Below are positions 56,872-64,000 of a DNA stretch of 64,000 nucleotides, in pieces (position 1 is the stretch's first letter; the number at the start of each line of letters is the position of its first letter). Below the pieces are notes generated by a model. That model was not told where the DNA came from and made no database searches. It saw nothing but the letters and a program-made list of their open reading frames with translations. The position numbers were made by a program, and so were the translations under genes. The stretch lies in assembly GCF_009914755.1 (NCBI RefSeq), contig NC_060948.1; one strand, 5' to 3'. This DNA is from the human T2T-CHM13v2.0 reference genome, Homo sapiens.

Positions 56872-59800
56872 GGCCTGGAATAAAGTGGAATGCTACGGTC
56901 TCGAATGGAATAAAAATGTATGGAATGGAATGCAATGAAACGGAATCGAATGTCATAGAATGTAATGGAATGCAAAAAAATGGAATCCAAAATCATTGAC
57001 TGGAAAGGCTGGGTGTCGAAAGGAATTGACTGCAATGGAATGGAATCGAATGGAATGGAAGTGAATAGAATCGAACTAAATCGAATGGAATGGAATTGAT
57101 AGGAACGGAATGGAAAGGAATGCAATGATTTGGCATGGAATGGAATCGAATGGCATCGAATGGAATGGAATGGAATGCAATGGAATGGAATGTATTAGAA
57201 TGTAATGAACATTAATGGAATGTACTCGAATGGATTCGACTGGAATGGAATGTTCTGGAAGTGAATGGACTCCAATGGAATGGATTCGAAAGGAATGGAA
57301 TCGAACGGAATGGATTCTAATGGAATGGAATTAAATGGAAATGAATCAAATTGAATAGCACGGAATTGAATTGAATGGAATCGAATGCAATGGAATCTAA
57401 TGAAACGGAAAGGAAAGAATGGAATGGAATAGAATGAGCTGGAATGGAAAGGAATCAAAACGAATGGAATGGAATCGAACTGAAGAGACTGGAATGGAAT
57501 GCACTGGAATGGAAGGGAGTGTAATGGAAGGTTCTCGAAAAAAATGGAATCGAATGGAATGGAATTGAATGGAACGGAATAGAGTCGAATGGAATTGAAT
57601 GGAATGGAATGGACTAGAGTGAAATGGAACCGAACCACAAGGAATGGACAGGAATAGAATGGTCTCGAATTGAATGGAATCGTATGGAATGGCATCAAAC
57701 GGAATGGAATGGACAGCCACGGAATGGAATGCACTCGAATGCAATGGAGTCGAAACTAATGGACTGGAATAGAATGGACTCGACTGGTACGGACTCCAAT
57801 GGAATGGAATCGAATGGAAGGGAATCGAACGGAATGGACTCGAAGGGAAAAGACTGCAATGGAAAGGTCTCGAATGGAATGGAAATTAATGGGATGGAAT
57901 GGAATCGAATGAAATGGAGTCAAAAGGTATGGAATCGAATGGCAAGAAATCGAATGTAATGGAATCGCAAGGAATTGATGTGAACGGAACGGAATGGAAT
58001 GGAATCCAAAGGAATGGAATAGAATGGAATGGAATCGAATGGAAAGGACTCGAATGGAAATCACTCGAATAGAATGCAATTTAATAAAATAGGATCAAAT
58101 GTAATGGAATGGAATGGAAAGGAATCGAAACGAAAGGAATGGAGACAGATGGAATGGAATGGAACAGAGAGCAATGGTATAGAATGGAATGGAATCATCT
58201 GGAATGGAATTGAATGGAATGGAATAATATGAAATGGAATGGAATGGAATGGAATGGAATGGAATGCCCTTGAATTAAATGGACTGGAATGGAATGGACT
58301 CGAACAGAGTGGAATGGAAAGTGTTGAGATAGAATGGAATGGACTCGTTTGGAATGGTCTAGTATGCAATGCAATGGACTGGCAGGGAATCAAAAGGAAT
58401 GTAATGGAGTGGATTGGACTGGAATGCAATGGACTCGAATAGATTGGAAACGGAATGCAAAGGAATGGAATGGAATAGTATGGAATGGAATGGAAAGGAA
58501 TGGAGTGGAATAGACTAGAGTGGAATGGAATGGACTGGAAAGCAATTGACTGGAATGGAACTTTCTTGAATGGACTGGAATCAAACGGAATGGAATGCAA
58601 TGCAATCAAATGGCATGGAATAAAATAGAATGAAAGAGAATCAAATGGAATTGAATCGAATGGAATCGAATGGATTGGAAAGGAATAGAATGGAATGGAA
58701 TGGAATTGACTCAAATGTAATGGACTAGAATGGAATGTATTCGAATGGAAGGCAAAGGAATGGAATCTATTGGAATGGACTGTAATGGAATGGAATGGAA
58801 GGGATTGGAATGGACTCGAATGGAATGGACTGCAATAGAAAGGATTCGAATGGAATGAAAAAGAATTGAATGGAATAGAACAGAATGGAATCAAATCGAA
58901 TGAAATGGAATGGAATAGAAAGGAATGGAATGAAATGGAATGGAAAGGATTCGAATGGAATGCAATCGAATGGAATGGAATCGAACGGAATGGAATAAAA
59001 TGGAAGAAAACTGGCAAGAAATGGAATCGAAATGAATGGAGTGTTATGGAACGGACTCAAAAGGAATTGAATGTAATAGAATGGAGTGGAGTGGACTCGA
59101 ATATAATGGACTGGAATGGAATGAAATCACATGGAATGGGAACGAATGGAATGGAATGGAAAGGAATGGAATCGAATGGAAAGGAATCGAATGGAAGGGA
59201 ATGAAATTGAATCAACAGGAATGGAAGGGAATAGAATAGACGGTAATGGAATGGACTCGAATAGAATGGACACGAATGCTCAAATTGAATGGACTCGAAT
59301 GGAATGGAAACGAAAGGAATGTCATCGAATGGAATTGAATCGATTGGAATGAAATCGCATAGAATGGAGTGGAATCAAATGGAATTGAATCGAAAGGAAA
59401 GGAAGCGAATGGACTGAAATGAAATGGAATGGAATTGAATGGAAAGTAATGCAATGGAATAGAATGGAACGAAATTTCACGGAATGGAATCAAACTGAAT
59501 GGAATCAAATCAATGGAATCTAATCAAATGGAATGGAAAGGAATTGAATGGAGTAGATTGGATTGGATGGGATTGGAATGAAATGTACTGGAAAGGACTC
59601 GAATTTCATGAAACGGAATGGAATGAATTGGAACGGAATGGACTCGAATGGAATGGAATGTCATGGAATGGCATCAAATGGAATGGCATCAAATGGAATG
59701 GAATCGAATGCAATGGAATGCTATGGAATGGAATGGAATGCATTGGAATGGAATGTCCTCTAATGGAATGGATTCGAGTGGAATGGAATCGAATATAATG

Positions 59801-60454
59801 GAGTCGAATGAAATGGAATTGAAAGGAATGGGATCGAATAGAATGGAATATACTGAAATGTAATGTAATGAACTCGAATATAATTGACTGGAATGGAATG
59901 TACATGAATGGAATGTAATCGAATGGAAAGTAATCCAATGGAATAGAATCTAATGCAATAAAACCGACTCAGATAGAGTAGAATGTAATGGAATGGAGTG
60001 CAGTGCAATGGAATGGAATGGAATTGAATGCAATGGAATGGAATGGAATGGAATGGAATGGAATGGAATGGAATGGAATGGAATGGAATGGGATGGAATG
60101 GTATGGAATGGATAGTAATGGACTGGAGTGAAATGGACTGGAAAGGAATGGACTCAAATTGAAAGGGCTCGAAAGGAATGGAGTCAAATGGAATGGTCTG
60201 GAATGGAATGAACACGAGTGTAATGCAATCCAATAGAATGGAAACGAATGACATGGAATATAAAGAAATGGAATCGAAGAGAATGGAAACAAATGGAATG
60301 GAATTGAATGGAATGGAATTGAATGGAATGGGAACGAATGGAGTGAAATTGTATGCAGTAGAAGGGAATAGAATGGAATGCAAGCAAAAGGAAAGGAATG
60401 GATTGGAATGGAATGGAATTCATTGGAATGGAAGGGAATGTAGTGTAATGGACA
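56872..60454 (+). repeat. DYZ1 unit U17, 3583 bp
   Basis: GGCC at 56872 to 60455. Confidence 0.9.
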
Positions 60455-63400
60455 GGCCTGGAATAAAGTGGAATGCTACGGTCTCGAATGGAATAAAAAT
60501 GTATGGAATGGAATGCAATGAAACGGAATCGAATGTCATAGAATGTAATGGAATGCAACAAAATGGAATCCAAAATCATTGACTGGAAAGGCTGGGTGTC
60601 GAAAGGAATTGACTCCAATGGAATGGAATCGAATGGAATGGAAGTGAATAGAATCGAACTAAATCGAATGGAATGGAATTGATAGGAACGGAATGGAAAG
60701 GAATGCAATGATTTGGCATGGAATGGAATCGAATGGCATCGAATGGAATGGAATGGAATGCAATGGAATGGAATGTATTAGAATGTAATGAACTTTAATG
60801 GAATGTACTCGAATGGATTCGACTGGAATGGAATGTTCTGGAAGTGAATGGACTCCAATGGAATGGATTCAAAGGAATGGAATCGTACGGAATGGAATCT
60901 AATGGAATGGAATTAAATGGAAATGAATCAAATTGAATAGCACGGAATTGAATTGAATGGAATCGAATGCAATGGAATCTAATGAAACGGAAAGGAAAGG
61001 AATGCAATGGAATGGAATGGGCTGGAATGGAAAGGAATCGAAACGAATGGAATGGAATCGAACTGAAGAGACTGGAATGGAATGCACTGGAATGGAAGGG
61101 AGTGTAATGGAAGGTTCACGAAAAAAATGGAATCGAATGGAATGGAATTGAATGGAACGGAATAGAGTCGAATGGAATTGAATGGAATGGAATGGACTAG
61201 AGTGAAATGGAATCGAACCACAAGGAATGGAGAGGAATAGAATGGTCTCGAATTGAATGGAATCGTATGGAATGGCATCAAACGGAATGGAATGGACAGC
61301 CACGGAATGGAATGCACTCGAATGCAATGGAGTCGAAACTAATGGACTGGAATAGAATGGACTCGACTGGTACGGACTCCAATGGAAGGGAATCGAATGG
61401 AAGGGAATCGAACGGAATGGACTCGAAGGGAAAAGACTGCAATGGAAAGGTCTCGAATGGAATGGAAATTAATGGAATGGAATGGAATCGAATGAAATGG
61501 AGTCAAAAGGAATGGAATCGAATGGCAAGAAATCGAATGTAATGGAATCGCAAGGAATTGATGTGAGCGGAACGGAATGGAATGGAATCCAAAGGAATGG
61601 AATAGAATGGAATGGAATCGAATGGAAAGGACTCGAATGGAAATCACTGGAATAGAATGCAATTTAATAAAATAGGATCAAATGTAATGGAATGGAATGG
61701 AAAGGAATCGAAACGAAAGGAATGGAGACAGATGGAATGGAATAGAACAGAGAGCAATGGTATAGAATGGAATGGAATCATCTGGAATGGAATTGAATGG
61801 AATGGAATAATATGAAATGGAATGGAATGGAATGGAATGGAATGCCCTTGAATTAAATGGACTGGAATGGAATGGACTCGAACAGAGTGGAATGGAAAGT
61901 GTTGAGATAGAATGGAATGGACTCGTTTGGAATGCTCTAGTATGCAATGCAATCGACTGGCAGGGAATCAAAAGGAATGTAATCGAATGGATTGGACTGG
62001 AATGCAATGGACTCGAATAGATTGCAAACGGAATGCAAAGGAATGGAATGGAATAGTATGGAATGGAATGGAAAGGAATGGAGTGGAATAGACTAGAGTG
62101 GAATGGAATGGACTGGAAAGCAATGGACTGGAATGGAACTTTCTTGAATGGACTGGAATCAAACGGAATGGAATGCAATGCAATCAAATGGCATGGAATA
62201 AAATAGAATGAAAGAGAATCAAATGGAATTGAATCGAATGGAATCGAATGGATTGGAAAGGAATAGAATGGAATGGAATGGAATGGACTAGAATGGAATG
62301 GATTCGAATGGAAGGCAAAGGAATGGAATCTATTGGAATGGACTGTAATGGAATGGAATGGAAGGGATTGGAATGGACTCGAATGGAATGGACTGCAATA
62401 GAAAGGATTCGAATGGAATGAAAAAGAATTGAATGGAATAGAACAGAATGGAATCAAATCGAATGAAATGGAATGGAATAGAAAGGAATGGAATGAAATG
62501 GAATGGAAAGGATTCGAATGGAATGCAATCGAATGGAATGGAATCGAACGGAATGGAATAAAATGGAAGAAAACTGGCAAGAAATGGAATCGAAATGAAT
62601 GGAGTGTTATGGAACGGACTCAAAAGGAATTGAATGTAATAGAATGGAGTGGAGTGGACTCGAATATAATGGACTGGAATGGAATGAAATCACATGGAAT
62701 GGGAACGAATGGAATGGAATGGAAAGGAATGGAATCGAATGGAAAGGAATCGAATGGAAGGGAATGAAATTGAATCAACAGGAATGGAAGGGAATAGAAT
62801 AGACGGTAATGGAATGGACTCGAATAGAATGGACACGAATGCTCAAATTGAATGGACTCGAATGGAATGGAAACGAAAGGAATGTCATCGAATGGAATTG
62901 AATCGATTGGAATGAAATCGCATAGAATGGAGTGGAATCAAATGGAATTGAATCGAAAGGAAAGGAAGCGAATGGACTGAAATGAAATGGAATGGAATTG
63001 AATGGAAAGTAATGCAATGGAATAGAATGGAACGAAATTTCACGGAATGGAATCAAACTGAATGGAATCAAATCAATGGAATCTAATCAAATGGAATGGA
63101 AAGGAATTGAATGGAGTAGATTGGATTGGATGGGATTGGAATGAAATGTACTGGAAAGGACTCGAATTTCATGAAACGGAATGGAATGAATTGGAACGGA
63201 ATGGACTCGAATGGAATGGAATGTCATGGAATGGCATCAAATGGAATGGCATCAAATGGAATGGAATCGAATGCAATGGAATGCTATGGAATGGAATGGA
63301 ATGCATTGGAATGGAATGTCCTCTAATGGAATGGATTCGAGTGGAATGGAATCGAATATAATGGAGTCGAATGAAATGGAATTGAAAGGAATGGGATCGA

Positions 63401-64000
63401 ATAGAATGGAATATACTGAAATGTAATGTAATGAACTCGAATATAATTGACTGGAATGGAATGTACATGAATGGAATGTAATCGAATGGAAAGTAATCCA
63501 ATGGAATAGAATCTAATGCAATAAAACCGACTCAGATAGAGTAGAATGTAATGGAATGGAGTGCAGTGCAATGGAATGGAATGGAATTGAATGCAATGGA
63601 ATGGAATGGAATGGAATGGAATGGAATGGAATGGAATGGAATGGGATGGAATGGTATGGAATGGATAGTAATGGACTGGAGTGAAATGGACTGGAAAGGA
63701 ATGGACTCAAATTGAAAGGGATCGAAAGGAATGGAGTCAAATGGAATGGTCTGGAATGGAATGAACACGAGTGTAATGCAATCCAATAGAATGGAAACGA
63801 ATGACATGGAATATAAAGAAATGGAATCGAAGAGAATGGAAACAAATGGAATGGAATTGAATGGAATGGAATTGAATGGAATGGGAACGAATGGAGTGAA
63901 ATTGTATGCAGTAGAAGGGAATAGAATGGAATGCAAGCGAAAGGAAAGGAATGGATTGGAATGGAATGGAATTCATTGGAATGGAAGGGAATGTAGTGTA
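60455..64000 (+). repeat. DYZ1 unit U18 (ends about 7 bp short of next expected GGCC)
   Basis: GGCC at 60455; EcoRI at 63969-63974; window ends in ATGTAGTGTA, just before the usual ATGGACAGGCC. Confidence 0.9.

Larger units (their letters stand above)
1..64000 (+). repeat. DYZ1: Human satellite III (GGAAT)n array, DYZ1-type (Yq12) ~3.55 kb higher-order tandem repeat, ~18 units
   Basis: Every line consists of GGAAT or diverged pentamers (CGAAT, GGACT, TGAAT, GCAAT). Unique landmarks such as ACAGCCACGG, GGCTGGGTGTCG and GGCCTGGAATAAAGTGG recur every 3524-3583 bp. One GGCC and one GAATTC per unit, and most unit lengths equal 3564 +/- 5n, which fits the known DYZ1 3.4-3.6 kb HaeIII/EcoRI repeat. 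No database search was done. Confidence 0.95.

Noticed and set aside
408-63976. Hundreds of ORFs of 60-318 aa (MEWNG-rich on +, HSIPF-rich on -), e.g. 43841-44797 and 58061-59017
   Set aside because: Pure (GGAAT)n and (ATTCC)n contain no stop codon and translate to MEWNG and HSIPF repeats in all frames. The ORFs overlap in several frames, change length with 5-bp indels, and show no recognisable domain.
1-64000. CRISPR-like or other repeat-spacer system
   Set aside because: There are no unique spacers; all sequence is degenerate pentamer repeated with the 3.55 kb period.
1-64000. Embedded DYZ2, Alu/L1 insertion, unique sequence or strand inversion
   Set aside because: Each unit's landmarks appear in the same order and orientation; I saw no CATTC-strand block or non-satellite insert.
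1-64000. Regular super-repeat of fixed n units (e.g. 4-mer or 8-mer)
   Set aside because: Shared haplotypes occur at offsets of 1, 4, 8 and 10 units and cover only parts of units, which is a mosaic and not a regular higher-order period within this window.
1-64000. HSat2 or telomeric repeat identity
   Set aside because: It lacks the short CATTCGATTC-based periodic organisation typical of HSat2 and has no TTAGGG runs; the 3.55 kb single-HaeIII/EcoRI unit fits DYZ1.

Overview
The whole 64 kb is one uninterrupted, head-to-tail array of the (GGAAT)n-derived human satellite III, with the GGAAT strand on +. It has a ~3.55 kb higher-order unit carrying one HaeIII (GGCC) and one EcoRI (GAATTC) site per copy. 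This matches DYZ1 (HSat3), the ~3.56 kb Yq12 heterochromatin repeat; the identification rests on family knowledge, not a database search. The window holds 16 complete and 2 nearly complete units (U1-U18), and complete units are 3524-3583 bp. I see no genes, RNA genes, transposons, DYZ2/Alu blocks, inversions or CRISPR arrays, and all ORFs are pentamer artefacts (MEWNG / HSIPF repeats). Three things stand out. First, each unit has three perfect heat-shock elements (nGAAnnTTCnnGAAn), 52 of 54 intact, in a TEAD-motif (GGAATG) background. Second, shared variants reveal recent tandem duplications, mosaic units and longer-range copies, including one candidate crossover mapped to about 5 bp. Third, unit lengths are quantised in steps of 5 bp. 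All comparisons were made by eye. I found no evidence of a novel protein-coding system.
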